Shown here: positions 1 through 11,902 of the stretch, piece by piece
Position numbering within the stretch: position 1 is the first letter of the stretch
Layout of the letters: every line of letters begins with the position of its first letter
NCBI GenBank assembly: GCA_963765675.1
Contig: CAVXXK010000005.1
Coordinates: 1 to 64,000 of the forward strand
DNA length: 64,000 bases
Direction: 5' to 3'
Source of the DNA: an uncultured delta proteobacterium
GTDB lineage: Bacteria > Desulfobacterota > Binatia > Binatales > Binataceae
Notes under the pieces: generated by a model
Databases searched by the model: none
Told to the model about the DNA's origin: nothing
The model's input: only the letters and a program-made list of their open reading frames with translations
Made by a program: the position numbers and the translations under genes

Positions 1-51
1 CGTATGGTGACGGTCTCGGTCCGTTCCTCTTTTCTTTTTCAGAACTCCCAT
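1..51 (-). CDS. 5' start of a small protein running off the window (possibly RHH/CopG-like DNA-binding protein)
   Basis: ATG at 51 is preceded by AAAGGAGAG. It reads MGVLKKK.. and, with one indel in the A-run, ..EERTETVTIR, resembling an RHH beta-strand. Partial only. Confidence 0.3.
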   Translation of the reverse strand, partial: MGVLKKKRGTDRDRHHT

Positions 52-119
52 TGCCGCTCTCCTTTCGAGACCAACTGTGTACGTTTCGTGCACAAGTGCT
101 TGTATGTTTTGTGTACGAC

Positions 120-1301
120 TCAGCCCTTGTACGGACCGGAAAGACGAAGTCCTCGGTCACCATCACGTTGAACTGGTAGCCCGGTCGGATCTCCAATGTC
201 GGGCCAGTACTCATTCCCTGCTCGATCGCCTGCTGCCCAACGGAACCGAATTGCGAACTCGCGGACCAGCCCGCCATCTGCGATGCCATGGCCCACTGGT
301 TTGGTTGGTAGTAACCGGTGGTCCGCCCATGCCGCCGCCGAACGCCGCCATCTGTCCCACCGCCTGTCCTGCGCTGATCAGACTCATGAGCGCTGCCGTG
401 CCGAAGGTGCGCATGTAGTGGTTGTTCACCTGATCGGTGAAGCCCGCGTATCCGGCCTCGTCGGTTCCCGGCATCTGCGGAATGTCCATGCTCGTGGTGT
501 TCGGAAAGATTAGGCGCTGCCACTGAATCTGGACGCGGCTCTGTCCGTGGCCTGCTGCACTTCGATACGAACCAATCAGCCTGCTGCCTTGGGGGATGAG
601 CAGTGATCGTCCGCCAGCGCTGTCGTAAACGTTCTGGCTGACCTGCGCGACGATCGGTCCAGGTAGGTCGGAATTGATCCCGCTGATCAACACCGCAGGA
701 ATCACGCTGCCGGTCATCACGGTGTACTGCGATGCGGGCGGATGAAGTCTCACCGACGAGGACGAGTCGTTCGAGGACTGGAAACTGTTTAACGCGAGCG
801 CGTTGTTCGCATCTCCATTCCCCGTCTGAGTCATGCTCGGGATCTGGAGCGCCGCACCACTGTGGAATGCGGAAACCATCTCGGGCGCCTCTAAGGCCTT
901 CATGTACTTGTCCTGCGCCCATTCCGCGTACCTGCTCGGTTGGCGCGGGACCGTCGGCGCCGAGGTTTGCTCTCTCGGGATGACCATGGGTGGGGGCTCC
1001 GTCGCAGGCGCAGGGAATGCGGCAGGCGTCGGATCGCCAGCGTGAGCGATGAGGTCCTGAACTTCGCTCTTGTTCGACGCGGTATCGTCTGTGCCATTAC
1101 GACCCGCAGGTTGCGCGCCCGGACCGGATGACTGCACAGCCAACGTGGGCAAGATCACCAGCCCGACCATGAGCCCCACTGCTGTGGCGGCCAGCCTGCC
1201 ATTGAGTCGTGGGCCGCCTCGTTGCGGATCTTCTCTTCGTCCTGCTGCCGCTTGGTCTCATCGACTTCCGGACGCTGCTTGCTTTCCTCGATCTCGGACA
1301 T
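120..1301 (-). CDS. trbI: TrbI/VirB10 type IV secretion core protein (frameshifted)
   Basis: GSVIPAVLISGINSDLPGPIVAQVSQNVYDS, LIPQGSRLIG and GYAGFTDQVNNHY are present. The C-terminal PTLEIRPGYQFNVMVTED and the N-terminal MSEIEESK (1301) lie in other frames. Confidence 0.92.
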
Positions 1302-1306
1302 GGCCC

Positions 1307-2275
1307 CTACCTCGCGTTGCCCGCGTACTGGATCGTCACGCGGTCCTGCTGTCGGCCAACTCCGGAAACCATTACTGCCTGACCGAAGAGGCGATCGACG
1401 ACGTAGTACTCGCCGCGGACGCGGTAATTCACCATCTGGCTTCCGCTGCCCGCCGCGACCAGCAACGCGGGCGCGTCGCTGGAACGCATGCCATTGGGCA
1501 TCTGGATGAACACATGGGTTCCATCGTCGAAGGCCCTGATTGGCTTCCACGGAACTTGTGGACCGGAGACGTCGTAATCGAAATTGAGGTGACGCGGATC
1601 GACGGAAGCGATCGGCCTGATCTCGCTCGGACTCGTCGATGGATCTGCTGCCGCAACTGTTGTGCTTTGCGCCGCGGCCTCATCGGCTTTACGCATCGCC
1701 TCCAGAAGATCGTCTGGGTAGTAGAACTCAACCTCCTGCATGGCGTGGCCGCCGCGCGATCGTAGCTGCAGGTGGTAGATATGCTTCGTCGTGTAGATGG
1801 TCAGATTCGTCGCAATCGCTGGCGCCTGGGGCTTCACGGCGAGGTGAGGCGTCGGGTTTGTCGGGTCGCCAGACGATGCCGGCGTCGCCATCCATCGCTC
1901 CGTATCGCCCATCGCAACGTCGGTGATGGTCTCACCCGCTTGTAGTTGCAGGTCGGTGGTTCGTAGCGGTTCGCAATCGACTATGGGATCGGGCCCTTGG
2001 CTGAAGGGATAGAGTACGTATCGTGGCGTCTTGTACGTCGCCCACTGGCCGTTCTGATCGTGGTCCTTGTACGCTGCCCGAACCTCCGAGGGCTGCTGTG
2101 CGAGCAGTTCCGCCCCGGTGATAGGCTTGGGCGTCGCTTCGGACTGCGGTGCGGCTTCAGGCTCGATTGGCGCTACGTTCGCGGCTTGAGATTGATTCTG
2201 GTGTCCTTGTTGTGCCGAACACCCTCCGACCGTCAGCGCCAAAGCCAAAATGCCCGCGGTGCCAATACGCTTCAT
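1307..2275 (-). CDS. trbG: TrbG/VirB9 conjugal transfer protein with lipoprotein-like signal
   Basis: PLRTTDLQLQAGE, GDTERW, TNLTIYTTKHIYHLQL, AFDDGTHVFIQM and VNYRVRGEYYVVDRLF are present. Start MKRIG with LTVGGC lipobox and a GGAGG RBS upstream. Confidence 0.92.
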   Translation of the reverse strand: MKRIGTAGILALALTVGGCSAQQGHQNQSQAANVAPIEPEAAPQSEATPKPITGAELLAQQPSEVRAAYKDHDQNGQWATYKTPRYVLYPFSQGPDPIVDCEPLRTTDLQLQAGETITDVAMGDTERWMATPASSGDPTNPTPHLAVKPQAPAIATNLTIYTTKHIYHLQLRSRGGHAMQEVEFYYPDDLLEAMRKADEAAAQSTTVAAADPSTSPSEIRPIASVDPRHLNFDYDVSGPQVPWKPIRAFDDGTHVFIQMPNGMRSSDAPALLVAAGSGSQMVNYRVRGEYYVVDRLFGQAVMVSGVGRQQDRVTIQYAGNAR

Positions 2276-2301
2276 CGAACTGACCTCCCTCCGTCGGATT
2301 C

Positions 2302-2972
2302 CTAGCTCTGCTGTTCGGCCCAGCTGATCTGCGTCACGTAAAATCCCAGCGGATTGCTTACGATCGCATCGTCGGAGCCTGGGCGGTGAAATTTGCGTTT
2401 GAAGCGCCGCTTCCCAATGCGTTGGTAGCGTCAAGCGTTGCGCCCGTGCGGTCGCGTGCCTGCTCCGTCCATCTCACTTGGAAACTGTGCGCGGACAGCT
2501 CGAGGATGGAATCGATCTGGACGGAGACCGTTTGCTGTTCAGCCTTCTTGAAGGGATTGTGCGCGAAGTTGTCGGAGTGGAAGTACTCGTCGAGGTATTT
2601 GTCAGCCGCACCTTTCGCATGCGCCAGCATGTCGTTGAGCATGTGCTGCTCGGCGCTGGGGTCGCTGCTCACTGAGCGCGAATTGCGGATGAAGCTGGCA
2701 ACCTCGTAGCGCTCCATCCGATCGACGAGCGCCGGATCCGTGCTCGGAATGAGAGGTTTGGGAACGGTAAGCCCATAGCCGAGCTTGTCGACCTCGACCA
2801 CGTATGGGATGAACCGGCTGCGGGTGCTCTGCCAGACAACTCCGGCGGCAAGAATCAGGCTCAGCAACAGCAGTCCTCCGGCGGCGATCTGCCAGTTGCG
2901 CTTGCCGAGAACGAGATCGGCGTAACGCTCGTCCCATTCGCGACGGGCTTCGACGTAGGGATTCGAGTTCAT
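2302..2972 (-). CDS. trbF: TrbF/VirB8 conjugal transfer protein (frameshifted near C-terminus)
   Basis: NPYVEARREWDERY, NWQ, one TM helix, IPYVVEVDKLG and SFQVRWTE are present. The terminal NPLGFYVTQISW* ends at 2302 in a shifted frame. Confidence 0.9.
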
Positions 2973-3168
2973 AGAACTCTCTCCTGCGGTTTGTCAGAAA
3001 AGCGAGCCGGGTGGGCACAGGGTGGGGAAAACTTCCCGGACTGAACAAGATCTGGCGAGACTCGATGAGACACTTCTCGACCAGCCCGGATGCGGCAAGT
3101 CGCACTGCCGCAAGGGTTTTCTGTCTCAAGGAGTCTTGCTAAGGTCCTAGTGTTCGCGGGCCGGAAGT

Positions 3169-3231
<63 letters not shown>

Positions 3232-3564
3232 CCGGCCAGAGCAGCACCTGTTTTTTCGCCTTCAGCCGATTAGACCGAGCCTGAAATCGAATCCAATTTC
3301 CGGTTTTTCCCAGCTTAATGGGGTGTCAATCTACAGAGACGTCGGACGGGCCCGCTCCTGCGCCACCGAGTCTCGGTAGGAATCTTCGGCTCGAACCTCA
3401 ACGATGGACTCGACGCGCAGTGGCAAGATTCACGGAAAGCGCTCGTGTACGAGCTAAAAAGGACCGTCCGATAGTGTCAGGCCAGTCGTGAAACACCGCT
3501 CGGCAGTTGTAGGCCGCCCGGAAAGCGCTAGGCTTGGAGCAGGATCGAATAAGCGGCTAGAAGA

Positions 3565-4533
3565 TTGCGACTGTACAGACCACAAACAGCGTCCGGCACC
3601 CTGACCAATGACAATCAATCAGCCATAAGGCTTTTGGATCTGGCTCCGGCAACTTTTGCCAAGGCCTTCAACCGCGAACCATTTCTGCTACACCATAATC
3701 TTGCCCACGATCCCCTGCTGCAACTCGATCGTTTGGTCGAACTCGCCCTGCGACTCGAGGCTATCCCGGGCGAGGTCTATTTCGACGTCGCGGTGGATCG
3801 GGTTGACCAGCGATGGGACCAGACCCCGCGCCCGCCGCTAACGATTGAAGACGTTATCAGAAATATTGGCGAATCGAGGGCTTGGATTATTCTTCGGCGA
3901 GCCGACCTCGACCCTCGTTACCGGGCATTGCTTGAACAATGTATGACGGAACTCAGAGATGCTGGTGGCGGCGAATGGCCCCGGAAGATGCGCGTACAAA
4001 ACGCGATCGTATTCATCACGTCTCCCGCACGCATCACGACTTACCATATCGATCGAGAATGCAACTTTATCCTCCAAGTTCGAGGAGAAAAGATGCTCTA
4101 TGTCTTCGATCAGAATGATCGCGAAGTTCTGCCCGAGGAAGAGCTGGAGCGTTTTTGGGCGGCTGACAACAACGCGGCAAAATATAAAGCTCGATACCAG
4201 CACCGTGCGAGAGTATTTCATCTGCGGCCGGGCGACGGCGTCCACGTTCCGGTGAACGCGCCGCACTGGGTCCAAAATGGAGACGATATCTCGGTTACCC
4301 TGAGTGTGAACTTTCAGTTCAAAGATACCTATCGGGCCGATAAATACCGCGCAAACTATTACTTGCGGCGGCTTGGCGTGACTCCGTTATCGCCCGACAA
4401 CTCCTCGCTGCGCGACGCCCTTAAGGTCTCGGTTGTCCGTGGTGCTTCAATACTTGCCAAGCCATTCAAAGTGTTCCGTTCCTGGGCGACAGGCGGCGAG
4501 GCTACTTCCAGGCCGATAGATCGCGCTCTATAA
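3565..4533 (+). CDS. JmjC/cupin-like Fe(II)/2-oxoglutarate oxygenase
   Basis: FITSP..TTYHIDRECNFILQVRGEK and LRPGDGVHVPVNAPHWVQNGDDISVTLS give an HxD...H triad. The start codon is uncertain. Confidence 0.8.
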   Translation: MRLYRPQTASGTLTNDNQSAIRLLDLAPATFAKAFNREPFLLHHNLAHDPLLQLDRLVELALRLEAIPGEVYFDVAVDRVDQRWDQTPRPPLTIEDVIRNIGESRAWIILRRADLDPRYRALLEQCMTELRDAGGGEWPRKMRVQNAIVFITSPARITTYHIDRECNFILQVRGEKMLYVFDQNDREVLPEEELERFWAADNNAAKYKARYQHRARVFHLRPGDGVHVPVNAPHWVQNGDDISVTLSVNFQFKDTYRADKYRANYYLRRLGVTPLSPDNSSLRDALKVSVVRGASILAKPFKVFRSWATGGEATSRPIDRAL

Positions 4534-5350
4534 GCTTTTCGAGAGCTTCAACCTCGGATCGCAACAGATCGGCAAGATGTTTCCTTGTATCCGGGCCAAC
4601 TGGAGCAAATTTCTCGCCCCCTCCGCGGCAAAACTCAAAAAAACCGCTTCGGACGAGAAGATCGATCGTTCGGTAATACTCGCGATTCTGAAGCGTCCAC
4701 CTGACCTTCAGTGCAAGCCGCGCGAGAAGCACGCTTTTAGGGGCTGACTCAAACGAATTTATGGTCACATCGTCGAGTGGGAGCGGTTGAACGTGCGGTA
4801 CTTCTATGAAATCACAAATCCGGTCCAAAAAAGCTCCTTCATTGGCACAGAGATCGTCATATAAACAGACTAACACCTGTCCGGTTTCGAAACGCTTCAG
4901 CCACCGTGCCAGGTGCGAGGCGTACCGGCTGCCGTCGATCATCGCAGGATTCAAGACCAGGGCTTGCTCGAACGTAACATCACCGAGATACGCACAATGC
5001 CGCAGCATCTTATACTGCGAGTATGCCCGGTCGACCGGGTTGCGCAGTGTAACGATTATTTTGCAATGAGGAAGATCGCGAGCGATCCGATCTAGTACGT
5101 CTTGACGGTGAAAATAAGTAGGACAAAACTCACCGATTCGCCGACCGGCCGGGCAGTTGCGAAAATAGCCAGCATACCAAGTCAGCGATCGATCGTAGTA
5201 CAAATCGAAGAATCGGCTTTCTTTGCTTAGAGGAAGGCCGACCTGATTCTTTAGTTGTTCGTGCAGCCAGGTTGTCGCCGTTCGAATTGGACCTACTCCG
5301 ATGAAATCAGGAAGTCGCGGCAAGCCGCTTTCATTCGGTATCGAATCCAT
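4502..5350 (-). CDS. PAPS-dependent sulfotransferase
   Basis: 5'-PSB-like PDFIGVGPIRTATTWL, KESRFFD and 3'-PB LRNPVDRAYS. Confidence 0.88.
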   Translation of the reverse strand: MDSIPNESGLPRLPDFIGVGPIRTATTWLHEQLKNQVGLPLSKESRFFDLYYDRSLTWYAGYFRNCPAGRRIGEFCPTYFHRQDVLDRIARDLPHCKIIVTLRNPVDRAYSQYKMLRHCAYLGDVTFEQALVLNPAMIDGSRYASHLARWLKRFETGQVLVCLYDDLCANEGAFLDRICDFIEVPHVQPLPLDDVTINSFESAPKSVLLARLALKVRWTLQNREYYRTIDLLVRSGFFEFCRGGGEKFAPVGPDTRKHLADLLRSEVEALEKLIERDLSAWK

Positions 5351-5409
5351 ATGCGGGCGATCGAGGAGCGAAAAGTGAGACCAGACAGTAACTCCTGCCT
5401 GACAGCATT

Positions 5410-6270
5410 TCAGATGGACGCTGGCGATCCTTCGCTATCGTTCCGAAAGTACATTCCGGAATAGGCCTTGACGGTGCGTTCGGGGTGAAACGGGATGATG
5501 CAGGAAAATTCCGGTGTTTCCCAGCTGTCGATTAAAGAATATCCAAGTTCTTCGAAAGCTCTAATGAAAGCGGTCCGGCCGTATATTTGGTACACACAAA
5601 TAGCCGGACCCAAATTGTGCAGCGTCGCAAAAGAACGGCCCTCGCATAACGGAGTTCGATTGATCAGAAGGTGTCGGGGTTTCGAAGGCATTTTTGATAG
5701 CGAGCGCCACAACGGAACCTCCAGAAACTGAAGCGAGCCCGACGCAAAAAGAACGTCCGCGCCTGAACCGTCTTGAATCTCGGTCGTAAAACACAACCCA
5801 TGCGTCTTCATCTGCTCCGCCAGTTTGCGTCCGTAAATCGCGGTCGCAGGAACTTCACAGACGCGCCAAACCATCCCAGCCGGGTATTCGAGGTATTTGT
5901 GAAATGAGTAGAAAGAAATACCGACATTGCCTCCGAAGTCGAACACTGTTGAATTTTCTTTGAGAAGTGGGGAAAGCCAATAGAGAATTGGATAGTCACT
6001 AGGCCAAAGCTGATCTATTTCGGAAGTGTGGCGGTTGGCCACCTCCGGATGGTCGTGTCCAACTCTGGAACCAACCGGAATGGCGTTTCGCGCCGTCTCA
6101 AAGCTGTCATATACTCCGGCAAACATTCGTGCCTTCGGACACTCATGACCAAAATGCTGTTCGTACTCAAATCGATGCCACGCGCGTAGGGGAGGTAGCC
6201 TTTCTTCAAGGGCGTTGACCAACGAACGAACCGCGCGCGACTGGAGAAGCGAACTTGCTAACTTTGCCAT
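5410..6270 (-). CDS. SAM-dependent methyltransferase (TIGR04325/LIC12133-like)
   Basis: WPSDYPILYWL, VFDFGGNVG motif I, ASGSLQFL and LLINRTP. Confidence 0.75.
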   Translation of the reverse strand: MAKLASSLLQSRAVRSLVNALEERLPPLRAWHRFEYEQHFGHECPKARMFAGVYDSFETARNAIPVGSRVGHDHPEVANRHTSEIDQLWPSDYPILYWLSPLLKENSTVFDFGGNVGISFYSFHKYLEYPAGMVWRVCEVPATAIYGRKLAEQMKTHGLCFTTEIQDGSGADVLFASGSLQFLEVPLWRSLSKMPSKPRHLLINRTPLCEGRSFATLHNLGPAICVYQIYGRTAFIRAFEELGYSLIDSWETPEFSCIIPFHPERTVKAYSGMYFRNDSEGSPASI

Positions 6271-6275
6271 TGCTA

Positions 6276-9200
6276 TTATCGATGTGACTGCGCAAGCCGC
6301 CGCATCGGACCGCCGGACTTACCCAGATTGTCTGTCTGTCCAGCTTGAAGACCGAAATGTTGGACCGAGCCGAGCGCCGCCGGAAGCTCGGATCGAGAAG
6401 GAAGTTGGCCAACCATGCAAAACTCCAGCTTTTGCGCAAGGGCTTGGGCATTGGGACCGGAGGTCATGTCGTCGTGATCGCCGGGTACCTCGTGCACCTC
6501 GACGCCTCCCGAGGCGAGTCCGCCCCAGCCTAACTGATAGTCCTTTATGCTTACCTGGGAATCCGGACGCGTGCGCAAAAGAGTCAAGTGTCCCGGATAT
6601 AACTGAGGCGTATAGTGAGCGGCAGCGAAGGCGTTGATGTCATGCATAGTTCCAATATGTTGCGGAACGGTCCGTCCCAACGCACGGTAGACTTCATAAA
6701 TGATTTTAGTGACCCGCTTCTTCACGGCCGTGCGCGCATACTGCCATCGCCCCGGGCCGCGCAGCACCATGCCGATCCGCGACCGGTAGCGATCCGATCT
6801 TCGCCCTCGCGTCCATCGATTTGAGTGACTGCCAGTGGTAGTGCCATTCGGGAGAATCTAGCAGGGCCAAAAGACCAATAGTGTCTCCTTGCTGTATTAA
6901 TTGGCGCCCCATTTCAAAAGTAACGAGGCCGCCGAACGAATACCCGGCTAGATAGTAAGGACCTGACGGCTGCTTTGTCTTGATTTCGCGAATATAGTGC
7001 GCCGCCATATCTTCCAGACGAGTCAGATATGGTTGCGACCCGTCCAGACCCGGTGGCTGCAAGGCAAACAAGGGACGGTCCGGGTGAAGGTAGCGCGTCA
7101 AGTCATTAAAGCGAATTACGTTTCCGCCAAGGCCGGAGATTATGTATAGCGGCGGGAGCGAACCACTGTGCCGGATTGCTACCAGTGACGACGACGGCGG
7201 CCTCCATCCATCCTGGCGCAAGATTTCAGCGAGCCCCTGGATGCTCGGTGTATCAAGCAGTGTGGATAGGGGCAACTTGGTCCCCCAACGCTGATTGATC
7301 CTCGAGAACAGCCGCATAGCAAGTAGCGAATGACCGCCGAGATGAAAGAAGTTGTCAGTAACCCTGATTTGTCGGACCCCGAGAACCTCCTCCCAGATTT
7401 CGATCAGCTCCGCTTCGAGCGAATCGCGATGTGCCTTGGGCAGGTGAGTGCGCTCGCTGTCGATTGCATCTTCTGTAGCCAATGCAGATCGACTTACGTG
7501 GCCATCCACATCTATCGGCAGCGAGTCTACGAATCGGAACTGAGAGACTTGAGGACCATCTGGAAAAGATTCGGCTACTCGTTTCTTCAATCGCACCTCT
7601 AGTTCGCTTAAGGGCTTCGAAAAGGCAATCCGGGCATCAACCACTGCGTAGACTTCAACCTGCTGGCATTCCGAGGCCCGCCCACATGGCACCGCTAGGA
7701 CTTCCGACAGCGACGGTTCGAGCATCAGGGCCGCTTCCAACTCGCCCACGTGGGTCCGGAAGCCGCCAATATTGACGTGTCGGCTGGACGGACCTAAAAC
7801 GTCGATTTTGCCGTCGGACAAATAACGCCCCAGTTCGCCCGTCCTGAACCACGTTCCATTGAGCGCTTTGGAAAATCGAAAACTCGCCGCAGTAGATTTC
7901 TCGTCGCCCAGGTAGCCGCTCGCGAGTTCCGGCCCTGCGATACATATCATCGCCGGCACGCCCGCGGGCACCGGCTGCATATTCTCGTCGAGCAATCGAA
8001 TCGCGAACCCTGGCGATGGAACGCCCAGAGTCAGGGCCTGATCTTCAACTCTGCCCTCGCTCCGCGCTTCAAAGATCGCCGCATGGTGCGACACTTCAAC
8101 GCCTCCGTACGACACGAGCAGACGAATCTGTCCTCGCGCGACGCGTTGAAATGCAGCCACCGCGAGTTTCGACGGTCTGTCACCATAAAGGACAATCTTC
8201 TGAACGCATTGCGGAAAATCACGTCTCTCTTTCCCACCGCGCAATATCATGCGCTGCCAGAATCGAGTCGGCAGGATCAGCACACTGCATCGATGTCCTT
8301 CAACGAACTGCCGATAACGCGCGTCTGACTCCAATACGGTCGAAGGTACAAAAACGATCGTGGCGCCAGCAATCAGCGATGAGAACACAAGCTCAACAGC
8401 AGGCGTCGAGTTAATCAATGCGATTCGATCCTCTGCGCGCAAACCGTAGGTCTCGACGCCCGTCCATGCGCGGACATCAAACGCGCGCTGGCTGACTTGT
8501 GCTAGCTTTGAGTCGCTCGACGTCGACGATACCAACTGAATGATCGCCGTACGCGCGCCGTCCTCTTTGGACGACGTTCTCAGTGCGGCACACTCCGCGT
8601 TCACGTGCGTTTCATCGACACACACCACTTGCAGCCCGCGTCGGCGAAAAAGTTTTCGCCACCTTCTGCAAGTGATGACCGCCTTGATGCCATGCTCGTT
8701 CAACGCGCCCACACCGGCATTTTTCGAATCATCCGCGGGCAACAGCATAAACGCGGCACCGGCCTTGCCGGCCGCCAGCATGCCAATCACTAGATCTGGC
8801 AAATAGTCACTACAAATCGCGATTGTTCGGCTCGGAGCCAAATCCACTTTAACTAGCCGGCTCGCGAGTTGACTCGCACGATGATCAAGTTGCCCGTAGG
8901 TTAAAGTCTCATTGCCGGATATTATCGCTACTGCTTCAGACTTTTGACGAGCGAACGATTCAATCCGACTGAGCGCCGGCTCGTGCTTCGCCGTTGCGGC
9001 GCCGAGACCGGCGCGGGAAATCATCTCGGACTCGTCAGTAGTCAGAATCGGAATTTGATTGATCCGCTGCTCCGGGTCGCAGAGAACGCAGTCTATGATC
9101 TGTTGAAAATGGCCGAGCATTCTCCGAGCCGTGCTCGCGTCAAACAAATCGGGCTTATATTCCAATCGCGCAACGATCTCTCCGTCGCGCTCAAACGTTG

Positions 9201-11874
9201 CTAAATGGAGATCGAATTCGGTTCCAGAGCAATGCCACGTGATCGGAGTCCAACGACACTCCTGAGTCTGTATGGTCTGCAAAAAGGCGACCTGATGAAA
9301 GAAATAGAATTGGAACAACGGATTGCGGCCTTGTATCTGCTCGACCTGTAGCTCGTCGACCAGATAGCGAAACGGTAAGTCCTTATGAGCCAACGCTTCT
9401 AGAGTCACCTCTCTGATGCGATGCACCAACTCGCTGAAAGAAGGATTTCCGTGAAGGCTGGTCCGCAGGCTTATCGGATACGCGAAGGATCCAACGATGC
9501 TCTCGGCGTCATCTGTCCGGCCCGACACGGGCGAACCTACTAAAATATCTTCCTGTCCGGTATAGCGTTTCAGCATCAACTTGAAGATCGCCAAGAAGAG
9601 CATGAAGGTCGTGATCTCCTCGCGTTTACAGAAGTCCTTCACAGCAACGACAGAAGCTCCGGCTATGTGGACGGTTTCGGTCGCACCTCGGGATACGAGT
9701 GCTGGCCGAAGCGGTCGGTCGCCCGGCAGATCGAGCAATGGTAGCCGGCCTTGAAGCTGCTTTTTCCAGTAGCTGAGGTACGGTTCAAAGTCGGCATTTT
9801 TGAGCCACTCGCTCTGCCAGTGCGAAAAGTCCGCGTACTGGAGAACGGAATCAGAAAGCGGCGAAGCCAAACCCTGTGAGTATGCGTCGTAGAGCGTGGT
9901 CAATTCGCGAACCACGATTCCGCTGGTCCATCCGTCGCAAACTATATGGGGCATCGTGAGCATCAAGATGTGCTCGCGCTCCTCCAGCTGGATAAGTCCC
10001 GCGCGAAAAATTGGACCTTGCGCGAGATTAAATGGCCGAACTGCCTCCTCACGAATCAATTCTTGCGCCCTAGATTCTCGCTCGGTCTCGGAGGCGATTC
10101 GGAGATCCACCACTTCTAAGCTCGCGTCGTAGGGCGGGTGAATCACTTGCATCGGTTCGTCGTTCAACACGGAAAAAGTGGTCCGCAGCATCTCGTGACG
10201 CTTCACCAGATCCGTAAGACATCGGCGAAGCACAGTCGGGTCCAAGGTACCACTGACCCTGAGCACTGCCGGCATATTGAGCATCGGATTACCCGGCATC
10301 AACTGCTCGAAAAGCCAAAAGCGCTGCTGGTTGATAGTGATCGGAAGGGCGTAGCTATCAGACGCGGGCGACTCCGTCCCATCAGAGGCGTTGAGTGCTG
10401 TGCCACAAGAAGAGGCGTCTAACGAGTCGGACGTTCCGCGATTCGGAGCTAACAGACCATCTAGAATTGCGCTCGTTCGCGTCGCCGGGAGATCAGTAGC
10501 TGTTTCCGACTTCGCTGGAACCAGCGCCAGCTGAAGTTCTGAGATCCGCTGATCTGGATTTCCTGCGACGCGCTCGAGCGTACCGCGATAGTTATCGAGC
10601 AATCCGCCGATAGTGCTAGGTTCGAATAGATCAGTATTGTATTCGCACGAGAGACGCCACCCCTCTGTGCGCATCACCAGGAAAATATTCAGTTCGTAGG
10701 GCGCGCCCTGCGATTTCGAGGGTATTGTGGTCAGCGTGATCCCTGAAAACTCCAGCGGTATGACCGCGTCGCGCTCGCAAATGAAGTTCAGCGGACAAAG
10801 GCCATGATGGCTCGGATAAACTTGAGGCTGAACCTCGGCAAGCAATTGTTCAAAGCGAAGGTTCTGGTTCACAAGCGATTCGGTTGCAGTCTTTTGTACG
10901 CGGCGCAGCAATTCGCAAAAGCTTGGATCGCCGGAAACATCGAACCGGAGAATCACCGTGTTGATAAATAATCCGACCAGCGGCTCGAGGTCCAGGCTAT
11001 CGCGTCCCGCTACTTGCGTGGACACTCCGAAGCTTGTTTGCCGCGTGTAGTGAAACACGAGGATGGCGAGGGCGGCCGCTGTAATCTGGAAAAACGTGGC
11101 ACCTTCTTGATTAGCTATATGACCAAGGGAGTCACTGAGTTCCATTGGAAGCAGCGTCGATACGATCGCGGAATTGTAGGTTGGACGTTCAGATCTTGGA
11201 CGGTCCGTAGGAAAGGTCGCAACGGGAAGTTGTGTTAGCTGTGTTCTCCAGTAAGAAAGATCATTTTTTACTTGTGCATCCTGCAAATGGTTGTGTTGCC
11301 AGATTGCATAGTCACCGTACTGAATCGTAAGTGGAGCAAGGTGCGGCTCCAGACGGTGGGAATATGCCGTGTAGAATTCTGCAAGTTCCTTTGCGATGAC
11401 GCCGATCGACCAGTAGTCAGCAATCGAGTGATGAATCGTGAGAGTCATCACATAGTCGCAATCGCCGGCCTGCAGAAGACGGGCCCGCAGCAGAGGTCCG
11501 GCAGCCAAATCGAAGTGCTGATGTGCTGCCTCGAGGCAACGGCGGTCAACCGTGTCGGCGCGCTGAGCTTCAGGGAGGTGTCGGAGGTCTTCCATGGATA
11601 GCGTCACCGCCATCGAAGGAGCGATGATCTGAGATACGCGCCCATCGACGGTCGCGAGATTGGTTCGCAGGACCTCGTGGCGCTGGACGATTCCTTGTAG
11701 AGAGCGCTCGAGTATGGCCGGATCGAGCGGTCCCCGAAGTGCAAACCGCACAGCGAGATTCCATGCCGGATTGCCCGGACTTAGGCGGTCCAATGCCCAG
11801 AAACGTTCCTGTGCGAGCGATGCGGGCAGGACGTAGGTATCTCCGTGATCGAGATTCGTCGCATCACTGCTCAT
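6276..11874 (-). CDS. NRPS termination protein C-C-A(degenerate)-T-TE (frameshift near 6790 splits the TE)
   Basis: C1 HHSIADYWS, C2 PHIVCDGWT, T FFHLGGHSLL and TE GYSFGG are present. The TE C-terminal VHEVPGDH is in ORF 6276-6770. The A domain lacks the A3 and A10 motifs. Confidence 0.9.
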
Positions 11875-11902
11875 AAACGAACCTCATACTGGATTGTTAG
11901 GC

